Shown one piece after another: positions 29,858 through 43,067 of a DNA stretch of 64,000 bases. Below the pieces are notes generated by a model. The model saw only the letters and a list, made by a program, of their open reading frames with translations, was not told the DNA's origin and did not search any database. The position numbers were made by a program, and so were the translations under genes. Positions within the stretch are counted from its first letter, which is position 1; every line of letters begins with the position of its first letter. The stretch lies in contig NC_043022.1 of the NCBI RefSeq assembly GCF_006345805.1, forward strand, positions 13,268,001-13,332,000, given 5' to 3'. This DNA comes from Octopus sinensis. Taxonomy: Eukaryota.

Positions 29858-31020
29858 ATATATAGCGTTGGTTATGAAAGATAGGCGCGTCATATAATAA
29901 GCATAATGAGCTCTAAACATAAAGGATGAAAATAAGAAATTCAAGTTAAAAAAGCCTTGGCGGAGGCCATCGATCATACAATAAGAGTGACTGGCCATAT
30001 TCGAGTGGATAGAGATATCACAAGTGGGTATTTGTGTCTATCTCACTCGCTGCACCAGCATGGCCGCAATCGCGCGTGCGCATCTTTATATATGCCTGTG
30101 CGTGTATGTATGTGCGCATGTGTGTGTGTGTGTGTGTATTGCTTTCCTCGTGCGCGCGCGTGTGTATCTAGTTCTCTGTATGTATGTGTGTGTGTGTGTA
30201 TTACTCTGTATGTATGTGTGTGTATGTATTACTCTGTATGTATGTATTACTCTGTATGTATGTGTGTATGTAGTATGTATGTATGTGTGTTGCGTGTGTG
30301 TGTGTATTTCAATGAAAACACTGTTTATATTTAGGTCGGAGTTGTTTCTTTTCTTCCGTGAAACAAACCTTTGTCGATTCTTATCTCCTCCCCTTCCTCT
30401 TACCGTTCCTCCTTCTTTCGCGCTCTATTCCCCTCTCACTCTCTCTCTATCTCTCTACCTCTACTACTACGCATGTGTGTATACACACATCATTTTCCTG
30501 CGCTTTCTCATACGCCTGTATACACACACTAGAGCCATCTCTTCTCTTCTAACGTATATTATTCATACTCGTTTATACGTTTCTGCTCTGGTCACAACTA
30601 ACTATACATACACTCATATTTTTGAGTTGTACATATGTGAATATATATTGTACACAAACTTAGTGTGTATGAGTGTACATCCCTATCATATATATACACA
30701 CATATTGTATGTGTGTGTATATATTCACACTCTTTAATAAGTCAACGTATTGAGATCATTGTTGCCTCTTTTGTTTCCCCGTGTACGCATGCACAGCACA
30801 ATCTCTTATATATATATATAATATATATTATATATATATATATAATATATATATATATACACACACACAAATTGAAAAAAAAACGGAATAAATTTTTGTG
30901 GCCACGAGGATTTTGAGGAACCTTTGTCAACTGTTCTTGAAGGAGAAATATTAGGGGTGTACAATCATATTACGAAACTATAATCTGTCTCAAAAGCATA
31001 TATATATATATATATATTAA

Positions 31021-31143
31021 TACTAAGTAATTAAGGGTTTAGCAACGATTTGCCTCACTACACACCGAATTTAGAAATAGCAGTCAAAAAGTTTTGGCTA
31101 GTCATTCTACTTAAAAGGGAGATCCCAGTAAAACCACAGCACT
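31021..31143 (+). repeat. ~125-bp TA-flanked dispersed repeat with an inverted copy at ~44771-44893
   Basis: tactaagtaattaagggtttagcaacgatttgcctcac..gggagatcccagtaaaaccacagcact matches the reverse complement at 44771-44893 with few mismatches. Confidence 0.9.
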
Positions 31144-31566
31144 ATATATAGATAGATAGATAGATATACATAGACGTGTGCAAGTATACTATGGGTCATG
31201 TCATGCAGGGATATAAAATCAAATTGATTTTGTAATTTACGAGATGTGATTGTTAGCATCTAGCATGTAAATTCATATATATATATTATATATATATATA
31301 TACAACTAAAAATAAGGGTGTCTGAGAGACACCACCATGCTGAAATAGCAGTCAAATTCCTGACTCTAAAAACCACGTTAAATGTTCATATCGCACCATG
31401 AGATAAGACAGAGGGACAAAATAGACTAGCAAAAAATATTACTGAATAATATCCTTATTTATAAATTTATATATATAAAGGCGGTGCTCCAGCATGGCCC
31501 CAGTCAAATGACTGAAACAAGTAAAAGAGTAATATATAATATATATTATATATATATGTATATATG

Positions 31567-31655
31567 TGTGGGGGGTGTACTATATAAGATACTCAAGTAT
31601 TGTAAATTTTAAACAGTATATTAAATATTGGAACCTGTTCATGATTCTTGCCCCA

Positions 31656-31691
<36 letters not shown>

Positions 31692-31837
31692 AAATACTAA
31701 TATGCATCTACACGTGCAGTAGGTAATATATATATATTAAATTTAAAATGAGGGTGAGAAATTTGATATTAATTTAATTAACATCAATTTCACACCAGTG
31801 GTCTAGCATATAAAAATCTAAAGGTTCAGTAAAATTC

Positions 31838-31891
<54 letters not shown>

Positions 31892-32335
31892 TGTACATAT
31901 CCATATATATTTGCACATATATACTTATGTTTTTTAATACACATAACGTATATTATATATATAATATATATGTATGAATGGTGTGGTGTAAGTATATTGA
32001 TAATGTATATATTTCACTAAATATGTACATCATGTATACACACATACATATATATATGTATATATATGTGGGGGGTGTACTATATAAGATACTCAAGTAT
32101 TGTAAATTTTAAACAGATAATTAAATATTGGAACCTGTTCATGATTCTTGCCCCACCATATATATATATATTATATATATATATATTGTAAATACTAATA
32201 TGCATCTACACGTGCAGTAGGAATATATATATATATTAATTTAAAATGAGGGTGAGAATTGATATTAATTTAATTAACATCAATTTCACACCAGTGGTCT
32301 AGCATATAAAAATCTAAAGGTTCAGTAAAATTCTA

Positions 32336-32393
<58 letters not shown>

Positions 32394-32550
32394 TACATAT
32401 CCATATATATTTGCACATATATACTTATTTTTTATATACACATACGTATATATATATATATAATATATATGTATGAATGGTGTGGTGTAAGTATATTGAT
32501 AATGTATATATTTCACTAAATATGTACATCATGTATACACACATACATAT
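31567..32550. repeat. Tandem duplication, ~500-bp period
   Basis: gggggtgtactatataagatactc occurs at 31571 and 32071. Differences are mostly small indels. Confidence 0.93.
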
Positions 32551-32595
32551 ATATATGTATATATATATATATAAATTTATATATATATATGTATG

Positions 32596-32627
<32 letters not shown>

Positions 32628-33284
32628 CTTGTTACTGACATATACACCCAATACTTGTATGTCTATTTTGATATCTTTTAAAATGAAATGGAATTTTTCA
32701 GTAAAATATCAAAATTCCTCCATTGCTACTACGACTACTATTGCTATCAGCACCACCACCACCATGACTACTACTACTACTACTACTACAGCTATCAGTA
32801 CTACCACCACCACTATAACTAAGACACAACTACCATCACCACTACTGCTACTACTACTACTGCGATCGCGACTACTCCGACCACTACCATGGTTTTTTTT
32901 TACATTCTCTTCGCCTCTCCCTCCTACTCTAGCTATATGTCTATGCTTTTTTTTCTCTCTCTCTCTCTCTCCGTCCAAACCGTTCTCCTCGGTACATTTC
33001 TCACTCTTTCTTCTTATCCTCCCTTTTCTCTTTCTCTCTCTCTCTTTTCACTCATTCCCTCCCCTTCCTCCCTCCCTCACTATAATTGCTGCCGCAGTAA
33101 GCACTAACGTCCTTACAGCTGCACTCTCTCCCACTGAATAACAACTCATACAAATTGCTTACTCTACTTAACCTCAATTCACCTCACCATTGCGGATGTG
33201 TTTAGCTGGTGTTCTCTAAACACCAGGATTTATTATATACATACACATACATTCACACATCTTAGCTCTATATAATATATTTCT

Positions 33285-33300
33285 GCTGTCACGTCAGTAG
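33285..33300 (+). promoter_or_regulatory. Candidate amidohydrolase core promoter element (CRE/E-box-like GTCACGTCA overlapping Inr-like TCAGT)
   Basis: ctgtcacgtcagtag lies ~380 bp upstream of the ATG at 33669. Confidence 0.25.
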
Positions 33301-33668
33301 AAAGAAAACTGGACTACATTTCATTGATTGACACCACCTAAAAAAACAAACACTTCTTTCTTAAAAGCAAGCTTCAAGCTATATAATTAATTATATAAGT
33401 TAACACTTACAACTATTAGAATGTATTAATTAAACTGAGGGAGGGGTTGTCGATCATCTAATCAGTTACTTAGCAACGTAAAACTCACAGAACACAAAGG
33501 TATATTAGTAACGCTGATAAGTGTTATATTTCGTAGACAAGTACATATATACAGTAGATTATATATCGTTGGGAAAAAGTGGTGTATACGTGTATAAAGT
33601 TAAGAAGTTTGTTTCAAATTGTTATTTTAAAAATTTAGTTTCAATTTTCTCTCCGTTTCCCATTAACA

Positions 33669-34254
33669 ATGAGCGATGAGAACAAGAATTGTGAGTGTTA
33701 TATCATTAGTGGGGGGCATGTTTTGGGCTTCGACAACTCAAGTTGTCGCCAAGACACACTGGGTTTCAGACAAGGTAGCTATGTCACCAGTTCTGAAGTA
33801 GCAGGAACAATGGACACGGAGAGGTGCGATGGTGCTGTTAGCGCCGATGTGGTGCTCGCAGGTGCAAAAATAGCAGCCATCGTGGTCAAAGATCCCACAG
33901 TGGGTGATGGTGGTGGTGAATCTCCACACCACCAACAAGATTATCTCTCGTCTGAGCCTGCAAAGTTTTCAGAAGGCGAGAATATTGTTCCAGGTAGCGG
34001 CGAAGGGCTGGTTAGTAATCCTCCCCAGACACACATACATCTTTCAGCTCACGGTCCTAACAGTTATCCCCATGCATTCAGCTCCTCATCATCTTTTAAC
34101 GGAAAGGTTTTCGATGCGTCAGGATGCTATGTCGTTCCTGGTTTGATAGACTGTCATGTCCATGCTTATCAATATGCCACACCGCTGGGAATAGATGTGG
34201 ATGAATTTTGTCTCAGAAGAGGGGTAACAACCGCTGTAGATGCAGGAAGCGCAG
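33669..34254 (+). CDS. Metal-dependent amidohydrolase, deacetylase Atu3266/Oant2987-like (dihydroorotase-like), first coding exon
   Basis: ORF 33669 contains IISGGHVL, DVVLAGAKIAAI, VFDASGCYVVPGLIDCHVH (HxH metal site) and LGIDVDEFCLRRGVTTAVDAGSAG. Homology stops at a phase-1 donor, GCAG|gtgagg (34254/34255). Confidence 0.9.
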
Positions 34255-35639
34255 GTGAGGAGGATTTTCGAATTTAAAAACAAAAAAAAAACATGGAAAC
34301 CAACCCCGTTTTATGGTATCATTCCCTTTGAGCCGTCCCTTGATCCACTGTTTTTAACCAACCACTCCTTTGCTTTCTTGGTGTAACAATTCAAATGAAT
34401 TGAACCTGCTTTGATCTTTGGCTTTCACAGGATGAGAAGAACCGTCAAGAGTGGAAGGCACAGTGATCCGAGATTTACATAAAGCTCGGATCAACTGCTG
34501 CGACCTTATCACTTTTATATGCATAATAAAGAATATATATATTGCTGTACACGTGTATAAATATATATATATGTGTGTGTGTGTGCATTTACATGTGTGC
34601 GCGCGCTCATGTGCATATAATCACAGAGGAATATCACTTCTATTTTTGCAATAGGCATCCAGGTAGAGAGATACAGATAGATAGAACTATACAGATAAGG
34701 TGTAGAGAGGTAGGCTGTTTGACAGCATATATTATTATCCTTGTGAAAATGTTTAAAAATAACCATATGAATTTCTCTGTCACATATTTATGTGTATATG
34801 TTTATAAATATATATATGTGTGTGTGTGTACGTGTGTTTGGTGATGTGTTAACGAGCGTGGTAGGTTCACCCACCCACACCTCTTTCCGTTTATATATTT
34901 CTTTCGTCGTTCGGTGGAAGGAGAAATAAGAGAGAATGCGATGCAAATGTACCGTCTCTTTCCCACACCCTGTCTCTGACACCAACACAAACAGCAAAGT
35001 AAATTATCTTAAGTAACATATTTACTTCACTATATATCTTCACAATATCTATATTTAAATTATCCATTCACTCACTGGTTTCCTTTCTTCTCTCGCTCAC
35101 TCTCCCTCTGTCTCTCTCTCTTGTTCTGTTTCTTTATAAGGAGCACAATCCAAGGACACTAATTTGAAACCGCCAACTTTTTACATGCTGCTACTGGTGG
35201 TCGTAGTGGTGGTAGTGGTAGAGGAAGAAGTGGGAAAGACAGACAAGCTCTCAGTTCAAATATTTAGTATATTCACTGAATAAATGACAGCTTTCTTTCG
35301 GTATCTGAGAAGGGGAAATGCCGGAAGAGTTGGCGGGAGGCTCAGCTTTCAGAGTTCGTTTTGTTTTTGTTGTTTTACTAGCTTAAGGAATTTTTTTAAA
35401 AAGCTGTTTTTTCGCAGCATTTTATTTCAAATCAGAAACAAACTCTCTCGCAATCTGACGTAAAAATATATAGCTATGGAGAAAAGGAACATAAACCATG
35501 CAATTTTTTTTTCTTTTGAGCCGTTGGTGGTAGACAACGCTGAAAGAAAGATGTTCTCAGCTCAAACAGTGCGACAAAAATACCTGATCCATCATTCTTG
35601 AATAAAAACTTCAACGTCAAACGCAGAGTACAAATGTCC

Positions 35640-36170
35640 AAGTTAAATGGTGACTGGTACTCCGTCGGTTGCGGCAGTATAAGAGCTGATGTGATCGATG
35701 GAACAGTCTGCTCGTGAAATTAACATGCAAATGGCTCAGCACTCCACAGATACGGGTACACTTGACGAGCACTGCATCCTTCAAAACTTCCATGCTTCCT
35801 GAGATTCGCCAACACTACACTTGATTTTCTCCCCTCCATACACACACAGGCATGTATCTGACTCATACATTGTTCGCTTTCCAGACATTTCCACATTACT
35901 GCATGTACTTTATATGCACTTTCTGACAAGTTGTGGTGCACCTGAGCACTATACAATAATTTCATTATTATTATTATTATAGTTCTCAGAGAGACACAAA
36001 ATGTGATAAGGCTGCCCCTTAGAAATACAGGTACAATACATTTGTGCCAGCTGAGTGGACTGGAGCAAAGTGAAATAGTGTCTTGCTCAAGGACAGAAAG
36101 CGTCGCCAGGAATTGACTTCACGGTGTTACTACGACCGTGAGCTGAATACACCAGCCACTAACTCACGTC
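35640..36170 (-). mobile_element. V-domain-like SINE interrupted by a LINE-type 3' tail (~35770-35980, + strand, ending in (TTA)n)
   Basis: Contains the gtgtcttgctcaaggac and gagtggactggagcaa blocks. The insert ends ...gagcactatacaataatttcattattattatt. Confidence 0.55.
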
Positions 36171-36779
36171 CAAATTATAATGGTAACTGAAAGAAAAAAC
36201 CATGAAACATCAGCTAAACGACATCATTACCACGTGACTAGCTTCAGCAGCGCCATGCCAATAGCCAAGTAAAATATTTTCGGTTTTCTTTGTGTGTGAG
36301 GAGGGGAAATGCCAGATGAGACGGCAGGAATTTCAGCATTTTGGGGGCTGGGTTTCTAGTTCAATGGATTTTCTTTGATTATTCATCTATTTCCTTCCGG
36401 CTTTTTACGTTCTGAGTTCAAATTCCGCCCAGATCAACAACTTTGCCTTCCATCCCTCCGTTTTCAATAACAAAATGTGCCAGCATCGATTATGCCCCAC
36501 TCCTCTTGAAATTGTTAACCTTGTGCCAAAATTGGAAACCATTATTTATTTACTAACAACCTTTATATAAAATCAGAAGAAAACTTTTTCGTAATCTCAG
36601 GTAAAAAATATAGAGCTGTAAAACAACAATTTTTTCATGACACAATTTCTGTTTTTATTTCATTCGTTTCAATAAAAACACCCTGATAAGATGTAGATCT
36701 TTTGCATGATAACATGGCTGGTAAATGTTCAGTTACGGCCAACATCTTCTCAAATAACAGATTAACAAATGCGTGTGTG

Positions 36780-37140
36780 CATTTTAATGCTTTCACTCAT
36801 TGGGTTGCAACCACGCTGGAGCACCGACGTGAAAGGCTTAGTCAAACAAATCGATCTCAGTACTTATCTTAAAGCCTTAGTACTTATATTCTTTTTTTTT
36901 ACCAAACTGCTATGTTATGGGGACATAAACAAGCTAACACTTGCTATGAAGCAGTGCGGGTTACAAAAACAAGCACTAAGACACATACACAGATATTGGG
37001 CTTCCACACAGTTTCCGTCTACCAAATTCATTCACAAGTCATTAGTCGCCCCGGAGTTATAGCAGAAGACGTTTGCCCAAAGTCACTTAGAGTGGATGAA
37101 AAACTGAAACCATTTGGTTGCAATGCAAACTTCTTAACCA
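36780..37140 (-). mobile_element. SINE family 1, diverged (further fragments at ~4330-4620, 4885-5350, 9170-9790, 31478-31531, 39780-40050, 40755-40905, 43400-43460, 51355-51440, 53045-53150, 57370-57510, 59335-59470)
   Basis: Recognisable blocks include gtttccgtctaccaaattc, gctggagcaccg and cacttgcccaagg. Confidence 0.7.
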
Positions 37141-38426
37141 AGGGCCTATTGGATGCAACAAAGCCACCATTAAACCTAGAAACTTAAAACTACGAAAACG
37201 TAACAAACCAACGTTTCACACAAACTCACACACAGACACACAAAGCAATAAGCACATCAAACATACACATTCCATCGTTAGCAACCTAACAGATATCATT
37301 ATAGTTTCGACACATTGGCAGTATCATCCAATCTCACGGTGCCAACAGTGTTAAAACAATAAACGCTACTAGAGAAATTATAGAGAAGAAGTAGAGGCCA
37401 AATATTAGCGCAGTATGTCCATTATCATCAACACACCTGCTTATTGTTACAAAATACAAATAAAAATATAAATCTGAAACATAAATTGTCACATACCTAT
37501 AGCTACGTAACACAAAATATCTACTACGTATGTGGAAAATCGGTGTGTGTGTGTTTGTGGTGTTGTTACCTACATTGTTTTATTGGTTTTGATGAAACGT
37601 GACACGTGAGTAGAACTCATATCTGGAAACCTCGTAACATACTTAGATTGTTGAAAAAATCGATAATACGGCCCCTGGAAGGAACCTTTATATCTACCTC
37701 ATATAACTAATTTTTTAAACAACCCAAGGGAAATAACCCATACCACCTGCAGATTTTAGCGAAGTGATCAATATTTGATTCTCACAATCAGCCGACCTAA
37801 TTCTGCATTTCACTACTCACAGTTTTGAAGTGCTAAACATCATTATTGCACTTACTTAATTTGAATTTTAAACCTTAAAGACTTCATTCATACATTTCTA
37901 TACATACATACTTTTTTAAATGCTCTTACTCCGATAATTCTGCATTTTTACAATTACACTTTTTCCATGACAGTAGATAAATTTTTTTTATCTCACAACG
38001 TATTTGTAGTGGCTTCATGCAGGCATAAGCGTGGATTCGATCCTCGATTGCCAAATTTCGCTTAACACATCAACAGCACTTTTCTCACGGTAAAGCAATA
38101 GTTTTTCTGTGAATGACAGCAGTTATACATTTCCCAGGTGCCTTCGCTAAGCAGAACAATGTCTTTACCTCTCGCCAACCTCTGAAAACCTCTCTCGCCA
38201 ACCACCAATAAGCTGTCCCTCCTCCAGCTGACAGTGTTTTGTACTTTTTCGTGACGGAAAATAAACCTTTTGTGACAGTTGTAACGAAATTGCTTTCTTA
38301 TATTAGAGTAATAAGGCGTTTCAATAGAACATCTTTACCACCGGGTACCCTGCTAGTATATATATATATATATATATATATATACTAGCAGGTTACCCGG
38401 TGGTAAAGAGGAACCATATATATATG

Positions 38427-38483
<57 letters not shown>

Positions 38484-39379
38484 CTTTATTTATATAATTT
38501 ATATACCCACATCATAAAATTTTCGGAGTTGAAGGAATTTAAAAGAAATTTTTAAATGCCTTCTAGGTGAAAATATTTAGGCGCCCCTATCTATCGTTTT
38601 TCCACTCGTACTCGTATGTGTGTGTGTATACATACATTTATAGTGCGTGTGTAAATACACACATTTATACAAATATACATACGTATGCATACATACATAC
38701 ATACACATACACACACACATATTCTTACTCATACACATCGACAGAGATGTAAACACAGAAGGAGGGGGGTAACTTTGAGAGATGTGTGCGTTCTGTGCTA
38801 AATAGTTAATGATTAAAGAGTGTTCGTGACTGGAGGTTTGCCAGTCAAATAGGATGATATATTTGTAAGTCTGTTCCTTAGCTGTCTGTGTCTGTGCTGG
38901 TGTATAATTATATATATATATATATATGTATATTTGAGCTTTATACATAGTTGGTGTCTATAAAACACTGGGATATCTTTTAGTTGCGAAGAGGAAACTT
39001 GATGTCTGTGGTTTTAGTCTTGGTTATGTAAAGAATATAATTAACTACTACGAAATGGCATGAGGAATCACAAGATTTAAGCGATCGTTAGATAATGGAG
39101 TGAGTGATTTTAACTGTGTTCGTGTGAAGTTAGGATATAATGTTTGTGTTTTGATACGATCGAATTTAACTAAATCAGCGAATTACTCATTCGCGGCTAT
39201 TTCCGATGTATGGAAGCACGTACGTATCTGGTTCGGAGTAGAGAAGTTTGATTATATTATTGTTGTTGCTGCTGTGGTTTTCTTCTTCTTCCAGTCAGGA
39301 CCCACGCCATTAGCCACAAAGAATAACCGAATAATTCGAGCCCACTCTAAGCTACTAAGAGTGCGTGTGGAAACTTGAA

Positions 39380-39774
39380 GATCCACCTACCACACGCGAT
39401 AGACTGGCTAGCGGTTGCACGGGCGCGAAAGCTACGTTGTTACCCTCATTCCGTAAATGGTGGCTTTTAACGGGTGGAGAGCTGAACCATCCTGGGGGTA
39501 CAGAGGATTCGCAATCTAGACTAGGGTCTGAAAGTTTACCACACCATAGGGAGTTACACCATGGTTCCTTTGCTTTGTGGCAGAAGTAGGAAGAAAGAGT
39601 GAGAGAAAGCTGTGGTGAAAGAGAACAGCGGAGTTCACCCCCTACCTGCTGGAGCCTCATGGAGCTTAGCTGTTTTTGCTCAATAAACACTCACAATGCT
39701 CGGTCTGGGAATCGAAACCGCGCTCCTACGACCGCGAGTTCGCTGCCCTAACCACTGGGCCATTGCCCCTCCAC
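39380..39774 (-). mobile_element. tRNA-derived SINE, distinct family
   Basis: The minus-strand head gtggaggggcaatggcccagtggttagggcagcg..ggtttcgattccc has A and B boxes. It continues into a non-tRNA body. The 3' boundary is approximate. Confidence 0.65.
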
Positions 39775-40068
39775 TGTGACTGTGGTAGTATAGAGGTTAG
39801 CCTTGGTGAAAGGCTCTCTCTTAAAGGCTGCAATTGGAGAAATCGACTCAGTACTTATTCATGTTAAGTCGGCCGCTTGTGCCGAACCACTGTCTTACAG
39901 GCACGCAAACAAACCAACACCAATTATCAAGTGGTGTGGCCGCAAACACAATGGCACACACACACACACATGCACGTGCATGTATATACGACGGGCTTTC
40001 GTACAGTTTCCATATACCGAATTCACTCACAATGCATTGGTCGGTCTCGGAGTGGTATTACACATAAA

Positions 40069-40484
40069 GGCGGCGAGCTGGTAGAAACGTTAGCACGCCG
40101 GGCGAAATGCGTAACCGTATTTCATCTGCCGTTACGTTCTGAGTTCAAATTCCGCCGAGGTCGACTTTACCTTTCGTCTTTTCGGGGTCGATTAAATAAG
40201 TACCAGTTACGCACTGGGGTCGATGTAATCGACTTAATACCTATGTCTGTCCTTGCTTGTCCCCTCTGTGTTTAGCCCCTTGTGGGTAGTAAAGAAATAG
40301 GTATTTCGTCTGCCGTTATGTTCTGAGTTCAAATACCGCCGAGGTCGACTTTACCTTTCATCCTTTCGGGGTCGATTAAATAAGTACCACTTACGCACTG
40401 GGGTCGATGTGATCGACTTAATCCCTTTGTCTGTCCTTGTTTGTCCCCTCTGTGTTTAGCTCCTTGTGGGTAATAAAGAAATAG
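40069..40484 (+). mobile_element. Nin/Deu-like SINE, full copy plus a tandem 5'-truncated copy
   Basis: Same family as 58741. The second unit starts at 40301 (gtatttcgtctgccg). Confidence 0.85.
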
Positions 40485-40904
40485 GTATTACAAGACACTT
40501 GCGAAGTGAGACTAAAACGCAAACCACTTGGTTTCGAAAAGTACTTCTTAAGCACCGCACAGCCATGCCTGCACTTTTATGCTTTGATATTTTATCGAAT
40601 CGGCGCCAACTGTGATTCTATCGATAAAAGAAGAACTGCAAATTGCTGAATTAATTAATATGATAGCATTGTTGCAGAATCAAATGATAATATTTCATTG
40701 TGCACTGAGACGGCAGAGCCGTTTACAGCAGAATGCGATGCGGCGGCATTTCTTCCTCTTACTCTTTTACTTGTTTCAGTCATTTGAATGTGGCCATGCT
40801 GGAGCACCGCCTTTAATCGAGCAAATCGCCTCCCCAGGACTGTATTCTTTGTAAGCCTAGTACTTATTCTATCGGTCTCTTTTGCCGAACCGCTAAGTTA
40901 CGGG

Positions 40905-40945
<41 letters not shown>

Positions 40946-40959
40946 GACGGGCACAACAC

Positions 40960-41130
40960 TTAGTAAGCATTTCCTTTGTCCTCACATTCTGAGTTCAAAT
41001 TCCACCGAGGTCAACTTTACTTTTTATCTTTTCGGGGGTTGATAAGAATGAGTACCAGTCGAGCACTGGGGATTGATGTAATAGTCTTATCTGAAATTCC
41101 TAGCTTTGTGCCAAAAATTTGAAATCAATA
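40960..41130 (+). mobile_element. Degenerate Nin/Deu-like SINE (similar copies at ~36380-36545 + and ~59480-59640 -)
   Basis: Contains ttctgagttcaaattccaccgaggtcaacttt..gagtaccagtcgagcactgggg. Confidence 0.7.
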
Positions 41131-41836
41131 GTTAAGTTTCCTTGACTCGAAGGGGATCAACAATTATCAATTTTATTATTAAATAAAAGGCTTTCTTTCT
41201 GGAGTCAAAACACTTTTGTAAACTATCTCAAAGGGAAAAGCAAGAAAAATATCTTCCAGTGTCACATATTGATGTTTGGTGCCCCAAAATTAAATTTGGA
41301 GATTTTGCAGTTAAACGTTTGAAGTTTATTTGAAGATAAAACGTTGAACGAATTGATTAATACTACGTTAATTCTAGCTGATTATGTGGCTGCTATCACT
41401 TCCCTTTAACTATACTTAACTGATAAATGTTTTATATCAACTGCAAATTTTTAAGAATTGATTACAAATCGAAATTAGATAAAATAGTATGAAATCAATA
41501 TTTTTTTTTTTTTTCATATTTTTGAATCGATAAAAGATAATCAATTTTCGAACTGTTGATCTCAGTTATTTCGTTTCTCTGATGGAAAAAAAATCGTAGG
41601 AATACAGTTAGCTAGTGAGACGAAACAAACAGATGTTATTTTATTTAAAGAAAACTAGAGAGAGAGGATGGCATTGGCAGAAGAAATTTCGACGCGAGAG
41701 AAAGAAAATGGAAAAAGATAAACAGATGAAATAAATGAGTTTAGATTCATAATTATAATAATTAATTCGTTTATTGGCCACAAGGGCTTACATATTCTTT
41801 TATAATAATATTAATGCTTTCTTTTATTATAATAAT

Positions 41837-41873
<37 letters not shown>

Positions 41874-41992
41874 TGAAAATATATAGACAAAATTTGCATT
41901 TATAATTTGGTCGAGCTTAAAAAATTACGTTACAATGTTAATATAGAATGTGTGTGTTCTGTGCTAATTTCGGTTATATTTATTACTTACAA

Positions 41993-42370
41993 ATGTGTGG
42001 TAAGTAGCTTGCTAACCAACCACATGGTTCCGGGTTCAGTCCCACTGCGTGGCATCTTGGGCAAGTGTCTTCTGCTATAGCCCCGGGCCGACCAATGCCT
42101 TGTGAGTGGATTTGGTAGACAGAAACTGAAAGAAGCCCGTCGTATATATATATATATGTATGTGTGTGTTTGTATGTCTGTGTTTGTCCCCTAGCATTGC
42201 TTGACAACCGATGCTGGTGTGTTTACGTCCCCGTCACTTAGCGGTTCGGCAAAAGAGACCGATATAGTGAGTACTGGGCCTACAAAGAATAAGTCCCGGG
42301 GTTGATTTGCTCGACTGGAGGCGGTGCTCCAGCATGGCCGCAGTCAAATGACTGAAACAAGTAAAAGAGT
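41993..42370 (+). mobile_element. SINE family 1, near full length
   Basis: Nearly identical to 48328-48708. Confidence 0.9.
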
Positions 42371-42587
42371 ATATATATACATACACACACATACATATAT
42401 TTTATCATTTTATCTTTTATTTGGACTGCGACTATGCTGAAGCACTGTCTTGATGAATTTAATCCAGGGATGGAGAAACCCCCGTCCCGCAATTGCGCCC
42501 GCGAACCCGTTTTATTGCGCCCCGCAGGCTGGTATACTCAGATGTACAAAATATAGTGCAAAATTTTTCCAAAAACATTTATACAAT

Positions 42588-42784
42588 ATTCGTATACCTA
42601 TTTGCAACATAGGTTGGATTTCCACTACGACTGAAGGTCTCAAGAGGGGAGGGGAGTATAAACCTAGAAATATGTGCTTTATAGTGAAAACAAAATTTCC
42701 ATTCAAATGGCAACCGCCGGACAATTTCTGATCATTTCAAGTCGTAGTGGAAATGCAACCTACGTTGCAAATAGGCAAACGAAT
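42588..42784. mobile_element. MITE-like element with ~45-bp imperfect TIRs
   Basis: Ends are attcgtatacctatttgcaacataggttggatttccactacgact ... agtcgtagtggaaatgcaacctacgttgcaaataggcaaacgaat. Confidence 0.7.
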
Positions 42785-43067
42785 TACCTTTAGAATGGGA
42801 CGATTTGTATGCTAGTACTGTGGATTAACGCTCATACTTCAAGACAAAAATTCGCACGAGTCTCGGCTCGCACAGCGAATTGTACAATGGGTCACTCGTA
42901 CTGCGAAGTTCTACTGTGTGTATGTGTATGTATATATATAATAATATATATATATTATATATATATATATATAGTAATTTCAACATTTGAGGGTAAATTA
43001 ATTAATTATTAATCATTTCACCAAGTATTCAGTATGTAAAGGGACCATTATAGGCGAATTCAAAATA

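Noticed and set aside
34255-34277. ORF tail EEDFRI*
   Set aside because: It is read-through into the intron past the GT donor.
39700-39774. tRNA-like sequence (also ~26600-26670 and the SINE heads)
   Set aside because: There is no complete cloverleaf and the sequence continues into a SINE body.
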